DNA from: Pseudomonadales bacterium
GTDB taxonomy: Bacteria; Pseudomonadota; Gammaproteobacteria; Pseudomonadales; M0112
Reading direction: 5' to 3'
Assembly (NCBI GenBank): GCA_036568505.1
Contig: DATCSK010000027.1
Span: 8,828 to 72,827, forward strand
Length of the DNA: 64,000 bases
Made by a program: the position numbers and the translations under genes. Shown here one piece after another: positions 51,617 through 61,890 of this stretch. Each line of letters begins with the position of its first letter. Positions within the stretch are counted from its first letter, which is position 1. The notes below the pieces were generated by a model. The model did not search any database. It was not told the DNA's origin and saw only the letters and a list, made by a program, of their open reading frames with translations.

Positions 51617-52633
51617 TCAGAAGCGCCGCTCGGTGTACCAGTTCACATCGCGGGCATGCCGATCGACCTGATCGGCCACATCCAGAATCAGGGCAAACAA
51701 GGCCATGCGCACCAGCACACCGCTATCGGCCTGACGGAAAATCGCCAGATTGGGGTTTTCATTGAGATCGTTATCCAACTCGTTGGCTTCGGCACGCGAG
51801 TCGCGCGGCAACGGGTGCATGATCACGGTATTGGGTTCGCAGAACTGGGTGTAGACCGCCTGATTCAAACGAAAGCGACCGCGATACAGATCGGCTTCTT
51901 CGCGACTGGCGAAGCGTTCTTCCTGAATGCGCGTGGAATAGACAATATCGACCTTGCGAATACTGTCTTCCAGCTGATCGGTGACGGTGACTTTGTGGCC
52001 TGCTTCACGCAGTGCCGCTTCCAGCGACTCCGGCAATCGCAGCTCCTGTGGCGAGACCAGCACCACCTGAATATTCTGATACTGACACAACAGCTTGGCC
52101 AACGAATGCACGGTACGCCCGTAACGCAAGTCGCCGATCATGGCGATACGCAATCCATCAATCCCGTCACGACCGCGCGATTGCAGCTCATTACGAATCG
52201 TGTAGAGATCCAGCAATGCCTGACTGGGGTGTTCGTTGGCACCATCGCCGCCGTTGATCACCGGCACGCGACTGGCGGCCGCAAATTCGGCGACCGAACC
52301 GGACTGCGGATGGCGCATCACAATCACATCGGAGTAACCCGAGAGAACCCGCGCGGTGTCGTACAGCGATTCGCCCTTGGCAATTGCCGAACTTTCAAAA
52401 CCGGTGGTTTCACGCACTTCGCCGCCCAGCAAGTTGAAAGCACAACCGAAGCTGATGCGGGTACGGGTACTGGGTTCGAAAAACATGTTGCCGAGAATGG
52501 CGCCATCGAGCACTTTGGTGATGCGCTCGCGGTGTGCATAAGGCCGCATGCGGTCGGCCACTTTGAAGATACGATCAATGTCTTCGCGTGCAAACGCTTC
52601 AATACCGATGATGTGACTGCCAGGAAAGTGCAC
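51617..52633 (-). CDS. pyrB: Aspartate carbamoyltransferase catalytic chain
   Basis: FFEPSTRTRISF, NEHPSQALLDLYTI, GDLRYGRTVHS, STRIQEERF and MHPLPR. Start set at the GTG, 7 nt after GAAGGAG. Confidence 0.85.
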   Translation of the reverse strand: MHFPGSHIIGIEAFAREDIDRIFKVADRMRPYAHRERITKVLDGAILGNMFFEPSTRTRISFGCAFNLLGGEVRETTGFESSAIAKGESLYDTARVLSGYSDVIVMRHPQSGSVAEFAAASRVPVINGGDGANEHPSQALLDLYTIRNELQSRGRDGIDGLRIAMIGDLRYGRTVHSLAKLLCQYQNIQVVLVSPQELRLPESLEAALREAGHKVTVTDQLEDSIRKVDIVYSTRIQEERFASREEADLYRGRFRLNQAVYTQFCEPNTVIMHPLPRDSRAEANELDNDLNENPNLAIFRQADSGVLVRMALFALILDVADQVDRHARDVNWYTERRF

Positions 52634-52724
52634 GCAAGAACTCCTTCTCACCGGTAGGCCAAAGGCCGGAACAAAAGCATTGTAACGAAGGCCGCCTGGA
52701 ACCGGAATGGCCTACAGCACTCTT

Positions 52725-54509
52725 TTAAGCCAGCGCGGCCTCGCCGAACTGCAATTCGGCCCAGCGGGCATACAAGGGCGAGCGCGATAACAGCTCCTGA
52801 TGCGTGCCGGTGGCAACGATTCGCCCCTGATCCAGCACGACAATCCGCTCGACATCGACCACCGTGGCCAAACGGTGCGCAATCACCAGACTGGTGCGTT
52901 GCTTCATCAAGCCTTCCAATGCCTGCTGCACCACAAACTCGCTCTCGGCATCCAGCGCACTGGTGGCCTCGTCCAGCAACAGCAATTCCGGATCCAGCAA
53001 AATGGCGCGGGCAATCGCAATGCGTTGACGCTGACCGCCGGACAAACGCACACCGCCATCGCCCAGAAAGCTCTGGTACCCCTCGGGCAGGCGTTCGACA
53101 AACTCATGCGCGTGCGCGGCCTTGGCTGCAGCGATCACCTGCGCTTCCGTTGCATCGGGGCAACCGTAACGAATGTTTTCGATGACGTTGCCGGTAAACA
53201 ATGTCGGCTGCTGCGGCACAATCGCGATATGGCGACGCAAATCACTGGGATCCAATCGACTGATATCGATACCGTCCAAGCGAATCACGCCTTCTTGCGG
53301 GTTATAAAACCGCAGCAACAAATCAAACAAGGTGGACTTGCCCGCACCGGACGAGCCCACCAGCGCCACCCGGGTGCCGGGTGCCACTTGCAAATCCAGA
53401 CCATCAATTGCTGCCGTATCCGGGCGTGAGGGATACCAGAAACGCAACCCTTCAATGGCGAGCGAGCCTTCTGCTTTGCCGGGCAATTTCTCTGGATTGG
53501 CCGGCGTTGTGATTAATGATTCGGCATGCAGCAACTCCATCAAGCGCTCGGTGGCACCCGCTGCCCGCTGCAAATCACCGTACACCTCACTGATGGCGCC
53601 CACGGAACCGGCCACCATCACCGCATAAAAAATAAACGCCACCAACTCGCCACCGGTCAGGCGGCCGGCCAGCACATCGTGACCACCCACCCACAACATC
53701 ACTGCCACTGCACCCAACACCAACACGATCACGGCCACGGTTAGCCACGAGCGCTGACTGATACGCCGGATGGCCACATCGAATGCTTCTTCCACCACGC
53801 TGGAGAAATTGGCGCGATCATGCGGCTGATGATTGAACGCCTGCACGGTCTTGATGTTTTTTAATGCCTCGCCCACGTAACTGCCCACCTCGGCAACGCG
53901 ATCTTGACTGCTGCGCGACAAGGCCCGCACGCGCCGTCCAAAAAACACGATCGGCAAAATCACCAACGGCACGCTCAGCAAAACGATCGATGTTAATTTG
54001 GGGTCCGTGAAAAACATCCATACCAGACCGCCGATAAACATCAGAAAGTTGCGCAGCGCGATAGACACCGATGAACCAATCACCGTTTGCAGCAAGGTGG
54101 TGTCGGTCGTTAGACGGGTCTGGATTTCACCGCTGCCGTTTTCTTCAAAAAAGCCGGGGTGCAATTCAATGATGTGGTTGAACACCGCCTTGCGCATGTC
54201 GGCGACCACGCGCTCGCCAATCCACGAAACCAGATAAAAACGCACAAACGTGCCGACCGCCAACAAGCCCACCATCAAAAAGAAAATCAGGATGGCGACA
54301 TTCAATTGCTCGGCAGAACCGCTGGAAAAACCGCGATCAATCAGCAGTCGAAGCCCTTGACCAATCGACAGCGTGACCAGCGCGGTGAATACCAGTGCAA
54401 CACCGGCACCGGCAATCTGCTTCTTATACGGTGACAAAAACCGCAACGCCGGGCGCAAACCGCCCAACTCACCGCGTGCGCGCTCACTGCTCGGGACTTC
54501 AGTACTCAC
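52725..54509 (-). CDS. ABCB-type exporter (fused permease/ATPase, MsbA-related)
   Basis: Six-TM domain plus GSSGAGKSTL, LSGGQRQRIAIARAIL and LLLLDEATSALD. The GTG start overlaps the sbcB stop (GTGA). An alternative ATG lies at 54539. Confidence 0.8.
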   Translation of the reverse strand: MSTEVPSSERARGELGGLRPALRFLSPYKKQIAGAGVALVFTALVTLSIGQGLRLLIDRGFSSGSAEQLNVAILIFFLMVGLLAVGTFVRFYLVSWIGERVVADMRKAVFNHIIELHPGFFEENGSGEIQTRLTTDTTLLQTVIGSSVSIALRNFLMFIGGLVWMFFTDPKLTSIVLLSVPLVILPIVFFGRRVRALSRSSQDRVAEVGSYVGEALKNIKTVQAFNHQPHDRANFSSVVEEAFDVAIRRISQRSWLTVAVIVLVLGAVAVMLWVGGHDVLAGRLTGGELVAFIFYAVMVAGSVGAISEVYGDLQRAAGATERLMELLHAESLITTPANPEKLPGKAEGSLAIEGLRFWYPSRPDTAAIDGLDLQVAPGTRVALVGSSGAGKSTLFDLLLRFYNPQEGVIRLDGIDISRLDPSDLRRHIAIVPQQPTLFTGNVIENIRYGCPDATEAQVIAAAKAAHAHEFVERLPEGYQSFLGDGGVRLSGGQRQRIAIARAILLDPELLLLDEATSALDAESEFVVQQALEGLMKQRTSLVIAHRLATVVDVERIVVLDQGRIVATGTHQELLSRSPLYARWAELQFGEAALA

Positions 54510-55939
54510 GCATCGACTCCTGCACGGGCATCCACCCATTGCGTTAGCGCATCAAGAATGGCGGTATTGGTTTTATCACGGGTGCGCAACTCGGCCAATT
54601 GCTCACGCACTTGCGATATGACGCGCACACCGCCGGCTGCGGGATCGTTCAAACGCGCACGACACCAATGCTGCCATTGCTGTTGTTCTTCAGCTGACAA
54701 GGTGTGCGGAAAATTGCGCGCCCGGTATCGCAGCAGCAAAGTTTCAAGGCGCTCATCGGCAAACGCGAAGGATTGCGCTGCCAGCTGCTCGGCCGGCATG
54801 CTGCGAATATCGTCCATCAACCGTCGATCATGGTCATTAAAAAAGCCACCGCTGTAGAGCATGGCTTCCGGATCGGTGATGGGTGCAAAATCCGAATGCG
54901 CAAACACTTCACGCACCTTGGTTGCCACAGCCTTGGCTTGCAACAATAGCTTCTGGGTATGACGCTCACACACCTCGGGATCAATACCGGTGCGCGCTTG
55001 CGCCTGCGCATCCAACAAACTCGTCGGCACCACGACAGGTGCTTTATTAATATGCACTTGCTTCAAAGGAATGCGATCGACACCGTCCGGCAGTTCATTG
55101 CGCGCCGTGAAGACGCGTGTGCGAATATCCTCGACACGCAATGACAGCAGCGGCTCAGGATCAACGGACAGGTCGTACACGATAACGCTGTTCTTGTTGC
55201 TGACATGCCATGCCAATGGCAACACCATCGCCATGCAATAGCGCTCACTGCCAAAACGCGATGACACGTGCAATACCGGCTTGGCTTTGGCGGGCTCCAG
55301 CATGGCACCCACGGCATGTTTTGAGCGATTATCCAGCACCCACTGCCACAATTTGGGCTGCGCGGCTTTTAATTTGCGCGCCAACGCAATGGTGGCTTTC
55401 ACATCGACCAGGGCGTCGTGCGCACCGGCATGTTCAATGCCGTTTGCCGCGGTCAATGCTTCGAGTCTATAACTGGGTACGCCATCGACCATCGGCCATT
55501 GCAAACCTTCGGGTCGCAAGGCACCGGCCAGACGCACGGCGTCAATCAGATCCCAGCGTGAGTTGCCGTTCTGCCATTCGCGCGCGTACGCATCATAAAA
55601 ATTGCGGTACAAGGTAAAGCGCGTGAATTCATCATCGAAGCGAAGGCTGTTATAGCCCACGCCACAGGTACCGGGTTGCGCCAGCTCCTGGTGAATGCGC
55701 CGAATGAATTCGTATTCGGGCACCCCTTCGGCCTGCGCCTGCTGCGGTGTAATGCCGGTAATCAGGCACGATTGCGGGTCGGGCAATACATCGGCGGCGG
55801 GCTGGCAATACATCACCAAGGGCTCGCCGACCGGATTTAAATCCATATCGGTCCGCAGACCGGCAAATTGCGCGGGACGATCCAATGCCGGGTTAATGCC
55901 CCAGGTTTCGTAATCGTGCCAATAGAAAGTTGCGGTCAC
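54506..55939 (-). CDS. sbcB: Exodeoxyribonuclease I
   Basis: FYWHDYETWGINPALDRPAQFAG. The GTG start overlaps the fumA stop (GTGA) and gives 477 aa, close to the E. coli length. Confidence 0.88.
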   Translation of the reverse strand: MTATFYWHDYETWGINPALDRPAQFAGLRTDMDLNPVGEPLVMYCQPAADVLPDPQSCLITGITPQQAQAEGVPEYEFIRRIHQELAQPGTCGVGYNSLRFDDEFTRFTLYRNFYDAYAREWQNGNSRWDLIDAVRLAGALRPEGLQWPMVDGVPSYRLEALTAANGIEHAGAHDALVDVKATIALARKLKAAQPKLWQWVLDNRSKHAVGAMLEPAKAKPVLHVSSRFGSERYCMAMVLPLAWHVSNKNSVIVYDLSVDPEPLLSLRVEDIRTRVFTARNELPDGVDRIPLKQVHINKAPVVVPTSLLDAQAQARTGIDPEVCERHTQKLLLQAKAVATKVREVFAHSDFAPITDPEAMLYSGGFFNDHDRRLMDDIRSMPAEQLAAQSFAFADERLETLLLRYRARNFPHTLSAEEQQQWQHWCRARLNDPAAGGVRVISQVREQLAELRTRDKTNTAILDALTQWVDARAGVDA

Positions 55940-57453
55940 TTCACTTCCAGCACTTGCGTGGCAATTTGTTGCTGCCAATACGCGGGACCGGTGGTGTGCA
56001 CCGATTCACCGCGACTGTCCACGGCCACGGTTACCGGCATGTCTTTCACCGTGAACTCGTAGACGGCCTCCATACCCAACTCCGGGAAGGCGAGCACTTT
56101 CGATGCTTTAATGGCTTTGGATACCAGATACGCCGCGCCGCCCACCGCCATGAGATACACCGCCTGATTGTCACGAATCGCTTCAATGGCCACCGGGCCG
56201 CGCTCGGATTTGCCGATCATGCCGATCAAACCGGTTTGCTCAAGCATTTGCCGGGTGAATTTATCCATGCGCGTCGCGGTGGTCGGCCCTGCCGGCCCCA
56301 CCACTTCGTCGCGTACAGGATCCACCGGGCCCACGTAATAAATAAACTTGCCGGTTAGATCAACCGGCAGCGTTTCGCCCTCATTGAGCATTTCAATCAT
56401 CTTTTTATGCGCCGCATCACGCCCGGTGAGCATGGTGCCCGAGAGCAACAGGGTTTCACCGCTCTTCCATGTGGCGATATCGGCTTTGCTGATCGTATCG
56501 AGATTCACGCGGCGTGACTTCGATGCATCCCAGGTAATCTCGGGCCAATCTTCGAGTGCCGGCGGCGTAAACTCGGCAGCACCGGAACCATCCAGTTCAA
56601 AATGCACATGGCGCGTTGCGGCGCAGTTGGGAATGATCGCAACCGGCAGTGAAGCCGCGTGCGTGGGGTAATCCATGATTTTGACATCCACCACGGTGGT
56701 CAAACCGCCCAGGCCTTGCGCGCCAATACCCAGTGCGTTCACTTTTTCATACAGCTCGATGCGCAGCTCTTCAACGCGATTTTTGGGGCCCCGCGCCATC
56801 AGCTCCTGAATATCCACGGGATCCATCAGCGATTCTTTGGCCATCACCATGGCTTTTTCCGCGGTGCCGCCAATACCGATCCCGAGCATGCCCGGCGGGC
56901 ACCAGCCGGCGCCCATGGTGGGTACTGTTTTCAACACCCAATCGACGATCGAGTCGGACGGGTTCAGCATCGCCATTTTGGCTTTGTTTTCAGAACCGCC
57001 CCCCTTGGCGGCCACTTGCACATCCACGGTATCACCCGGCACCAACTGGTAATGAATCACTGCCGGTGTGTTATCGCGGGTGTTGCGCCGGGCACCGGCC
57101 GGATCGGCCAGAATCGAAGCCCGCAACACGTTATCGGGGTTTAAATAGGCGCGACGCACGCCTTCGTTGACCATCTCGTCAACGCTCATGGTGGCGTCAT
57201 CCCAACGCACGTTCATGCCCACTTTCAAAAACACGGTGACAATGCCGGTGTCCTGACAAATCGGTCGATGACCTTCGGCACACAAACGCGAATTGATCAG
57301 AATTTGCGCCATGGCGTCTTTGGCCGCAGGATTCTGCTCACGCTCGTAGGCGGCATTGACCGCTTCAATAAAATCCAGCGGGTGGTAATACGAAATAAAC
57401 TGCAGTGCATCGGCGACGCTGCTGATCAAATCATCCTGACGAATGACGGTCAT
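55936..57453 (-). CDS. fumA: Class I (Fe-S) fumarate hydratase
   Basis: About 505 aa two-domain Fe-S hydrolyase. N-terminus MTVIRQDDLISSVADALQFISYYHP. AGGAG RBS. Confidence 0.9.
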   Translation of the reverse strand: MTVIRQDDLISSVADALQFISYYHPLDFIEAVNAAYEREQNPAAKDAMAQILINSRLCAEGHRPICQDTGIVTVFLKVGMNVRWDDATMSVDEMVNEGVRRAYLNPDNVLRASILADPAGARRNTRDNTPAVIHYQLVPGDTVDVQVAAKGGGSENKAKMAMLNPSDSIVDWVLKTVPTMGAGWCPPGMLGIGIGGTAEKAMVMAKESLMDPVDIQELMARGPKNRVEELRIELYEKVNALGIGAQGLGGLTTVVDVKIMDYPTHAASLPVAIIPNCAATRHVHFELDGSGAAEFTPPALEDWPEITWDASKSRRVNLDTISKADIATWKSGETLLLSGTMLTGRDAAHKKMIEMLNEGETLPVDLTGKFIYYVGPVDPVRDEVVGPAGPTTATRMDKFTRQMLEQTGLIGMIGKSERGPVAIEAIRDNQAVYLMAVGGAAYLVSKAIKASKVLAFPELGMEAVYEFTVKDMPVTVAVDSRGESVHTTGPAYWQQQIATQVLEVK

Positions 57454-57539
57454 AGGAAGCTCCTGTAGACAAAACACACAACCCGCTGCAGCAGGCATCG
57501 GGCAAAAGGGCCATTATTTTACACCACCCGGTATTGGAA

Positions 57540-58325
57540 TTACTGAAATCCGGACGTACCCGCTGGGCGGCTCATGCTGTCAACCGACTTGCGTAAACTA
57601 TCGAGCGATTGATTGATTTGCTTGCGGTGCGTGTTAATGGATTCTATCCACTCTTCGTTGGCTCTCACGCGCTTGCCGAGTGCGACCTGCTCATTGGCCA
57701 CTTTATTAAAGCGCGTCATGGCATCATCCAGCGCTTTTTGGCGTGCTGCCGTGGATTGCTCGAGCTGTTCAATGCGCTTGCCGGTATTCGATATGCCACC
57801 GGAAAGTTCTTTCCGCATGTCTTCCAGCATTTTGGCCTGCGCCTTGAGTAAACCGTCCTGCTTTTTCAGCAAGGCCGCCTGATCACCAATGTCTTTTTGG
57901 TTGCGCCGCCAAGCCGAGGCCCAGAGCTTGTCCATTTCTTGCCACAGGGTTTCGTTCTTTTCGACCAGCTCCTTGATCTTGATGCTGATGCTGGCGCTGG
58001 ATTGATTCCAGGAATCGTCCGAGGATGACAGGCGGCGCTCGAGATCGGCGATACGAGCCTGCGCCTGCACCAAATCTTGCTGGGCCTGGCCCATCGATTG
58101 CTGCAGCAGAAAAGCCCACACACCGGCACCAAACGCCAACAGCAAGGCAATCACCAGTAAAAACCGGAGCCCGAAGCCATCGCTCGCGGGCGCAGCAGGC
58201 GGCTTGGCTTTCGGCACCTTGCCGGTGGGTACGGCCGGTCGAGTCCCTGTCGCTCCACCCATGCGCTCAGCACGCATGCCCGGCAAGTCCATAATCTCGG
58301 TGTCGTCCCGATTTGGCATAATCAC
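57540..58325 (-). CDS. Membrane-anchored coiled-coil protein, hypothetical
   Basis: Pro/Lys-rich N-terminus, one TM helix (LRFLLVIALLLAFGAGVWAFLL), then about 180 aa of heptad-like sequence. No family recognised. Confidence 0.5.
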   Translation of the reverse strand: MIMPNRDDTEIMDLPGMRAERMGGATGTRPAVPTGKVPKAKPPAAPASDGFGLRFLLVIALLLAFGAGVWAFLLQQSMGQAQQDLVQAQARIADLERRLSSSDDSWNQSSASISIKIKELVEKNETLWQEMDKLWASAWRRNQKDIGDQAALLKKQDGLLKAQAKMLEDMRKELSGGISNTGKRIEQLEQSTAARQKALDDAMTRFNKVANEQVALGKRVRANEEWIESINTHRKQINQSLDSLRKSVDSMSRPAGTSGFQ

Positions 58326-58474
58326 AGCCCTAAAAATCGTTGAAGCGCCGCATTATACACAGGCATTTCGGGGCTTGTACGGGAGTGTTGGAAAGCCACT
58401 GGCAACTTTGGTAGAGTCTCTTCCCCCTGCGGGGACAGCCCCGCATTAACCATAGGAAATACAAGGATTTAATC

Positions 58475-59047
58475 ATGGCATTCGAACTTCCTGCCCTGCC
58501 CTATGCCCAGGATGCCCTGGCTCCGCACATCTCCAAGGAAACGCTGGAGTATCACTACGGCAAGCATCATCAAGCGTACGTGACCAACCTGAACAACCTG
58601 ATCAAAGGCACCGAATTCGAAAGCAAAAGCCTTGAAGACATTATCAAGAGCGCGAGCGGCGGCCTGTTCAATAATGCAGCCCAGGTCTGGAACCATACCT
58701 TCTACTGGAACTGCCTGAGCCCGAAAGCCACTGAACCCAAAGGCGCGCTGCTGGATGCCATCAACAAGGCATTCGGCTCGGTGGATGCCTTCAAAGAAAA
58801 ATTCACGGCCAGCTGTGTCGGTAACTTCGGTTCCGGCTGGACCTGGCTGGTCAAGAACGCCAAAGGCGAGCTGGAAATTGTGAACACCAGCAATGCCGGC
58901 TGCCCGCTGACCGCCGGTCAAACACCCTTGCTGACCTGTGATGTGTGGGAACACGCGTATTACGTGGATTATCGCAATGCACGACCCAAGTACGTTGAAA
59001 CGTTCTGGAAAATCGTGAATTGGGATTTTGTCGCCAAGCAGCTTTGA
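58475..59047 (+). CDS. sodB: Fe/Mn superoxide dismutase (Fe type likely)
   Basis: [31 protein letters not shown] and DVWEHAYY. Confidence 0.93.
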   Translation: MAFELPALPYAQDALAPHISKETLEYHYGKHHQAYVTNLNNLIKGTEFESKSLEDIIKSASGGLFNNAAQVWNHTFYWNCLSPKATEPKGALLDAINKAFGSVDAFKEKFTASCVGNFGSGWTWLVKNAKGELEIVNTSNAGCPLTAGQTPLLTCDVWEHAYYVDYRNARPKYVETFWKIVNWDFVAKQL

Positions 59048-59094
59048 TCTGTTTGATGACCTGTTTTACCTAGTGCTGTACGAGCAGCCTCTTT

Positions 59095-59118
59095 GGGCCG
59101 GTATCCCCGGCCCTTTTT
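59095..59118 (+). terminator. Intrinsic terminator of sodB
   Basis: GGGCCGG-tatcc-CCGGCCC followed by T5. Confidence 0.75.
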
Positions 59119-59151
59119 CTTGGCCGCTGTTTATCAAAATACACGAACAAT

Positions 59152-59180
59152 AAAAAACCCGGCACCAGGCCGGGTTTTTT
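59152..59180 (-). terminator. Intrinsic terminator of groEL (bidirectional shape)
   Basis: A6-CCCGGC-accag-GCCGGG-T6, 18 nt beyond the groEL stop. Confidence 0.8.
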
Positions 59181-59197
59181 ATTGACGCAGGAAGCAC

Positions 59198-60859
<1,662 letters not shown>

Positions 60860-60895
60860 TTAACTAACGGTTGTGAAACAGGGTGTGAGCGGCCA

Positions 60896-61186
60896 TCAGC
60901 CTTCAATCACACCGTAGAGTTCGCTTTCACTGAGAATGACCACTTCGTCATTGCCGACTTTCACGGTGTTGCCGGCGTATTGGCCAAACAGGACGGTGTC
61001 ACCGACCTTGACGGACATCGGGCGCACCGAGCCGTTCTCGGACACCGCACCGCTGCCCACAGCAATCACTTCGCCCTGAGTCGGCTTTTCCTTCGCTCCG
61101 CCGGTGAGAATGATCCCGCCAGCCGATTTCTCTTCCTGCTCCTTGCGCTTAACGACCACGCGATCGTACAAAGGACGGATTTTCAT
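60896..61186 (-). CDS. groES: Co-chaperonin GroES
   Basis: [14 protein letters not shown]; 96 aa. Confidence 0.97.
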   Translation of the reverse strand: MKIRPLYDRVVVKRKEQEEKSAGGIILTGGAKEKPTQGEVIAVGSGAVSENGSVRPMSVKVGDTVLFGQYAGNTVKVGNDEVVILSESELYGVIEG

Positions 61187-61256
61187 AGTGTTTCATCTCC
61201 CTGATTAAGGTTGATCTTGGGTTGGATAAGTCCGGATGCCCGGATGACTGCCATCA

Positions 61257-61282
61257 ATGGGGGCAGTCAGACAGAATTCAAG
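61257..61282 (-). promoter_or_regulatory. Sigma-32 type promoter of groES-groEL
   Basis: On the minus strand: CTTGAA, 14 nt, CCCCATTG, about 70 nt upstream of groES. Confidence 0.65.
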
Positions 61283-61289
61283 GCCTGAA

Positions 61290-61316
61290 TTAGCACTCTC
61301 ATCGAGGGACTGCCAA
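61290..61316. promoter_or_regulatory. CIRCE-like inverted repeat
   Basis: TTAGCACTC-N9-GACTGCCAA compared with CIRCE TTAGCACTC-N9-GAGTGCTAA. The left arm is perfect and the right arm matches 7/9. Confidence 0.45.
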
Positions 61317-61343
61317 TCATAGCGGCGAAAGCCGCTCCGTCAA
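61316..61343 (-). promoter_or_regulatory. Sigma-70 type promoter upstream of the CIRCE-like element
   Basis: On the minus strand: TTGACG, 16 nt, TATGAT. The -10 abuts the CIRCE-like repeat. Confidence 0.5.
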
Positions 61344-61386
61344 GGCGAAAGAAGAAATAAAACCAATAAAAATCAAAATGTTGCGT

Positions 61387-61821
61387 TTACTGTGGTGGCA
61401 AGTGCCGGTCATCATCGGCACGATGCACCACCGTGTACTCGCCTTCGATCACGCCATCGCGCATACCCTGCTGCCGCCCGACCGGCACCACGCGACCCGC
61501 CCAGCGGTGCGCCACCCGTCGGCGCATCCAAGGCAATAACAGCAATAAACCCACGGCATCGGAAATAAACCCCGGCAGGATCAGCAGCAGCCCACCCAGC
61601 GCCAGCAGCGGCGCATCCAGCAGGATTTGCTCCGGATTGTTTTCGCGCATCAAGCGCTCGGGGTCAAACAACACGCCCAGTGCCTGATGGCGAATGAAGA
61701 ATACCCCCAGAAAAGCCGATGCCACCAACAACGCCACCGTCATCAGAGGGCCAATGGCCGCACCCACCTTGATCAGTAGCCACAGCTCCAACACCAGATA
61801 CAGCAGCACCAACCAACGCAT
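61387..61821 (-). CDS. fxsA: FxsA family inner membrane protein
   Basis: MRWLVLLYLVLELWLLIKVG and LILPGFISDAVGLLLLLP motifs. Confidence 0.75.
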   Translation of the reverse strand: MRWLVLLYLVLELWLLIKVGAAIGPLMTVALLVASAFLGVFFIRHQALGVLFDPERLMRENNPEQILLDAPLLALGGLLLILPGFISDAVGLLLLLPWMRRRVAHRWAGRVVPVGRQQGMRDGVIEGEYTVVHRADDDRHLPPQ

Positions 61822-61890
61822 TCCGAAATCTCCGCCCCAAGCTCAACCTTGTTATCATGGGCCCTCTACCGCGCAATTCAATAGCCACCG

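Noticed and set aside
50556-52657. Two long plus-strand ORFs (306 aa and 354 aa) antisense to thpR-nudF and pyrB
   Set aside because: The minus-strand genes carry Nudix, 2H and ATCase signature motifs. The plus-strand translations are low-complexity and Arg/His/Thr-rich.
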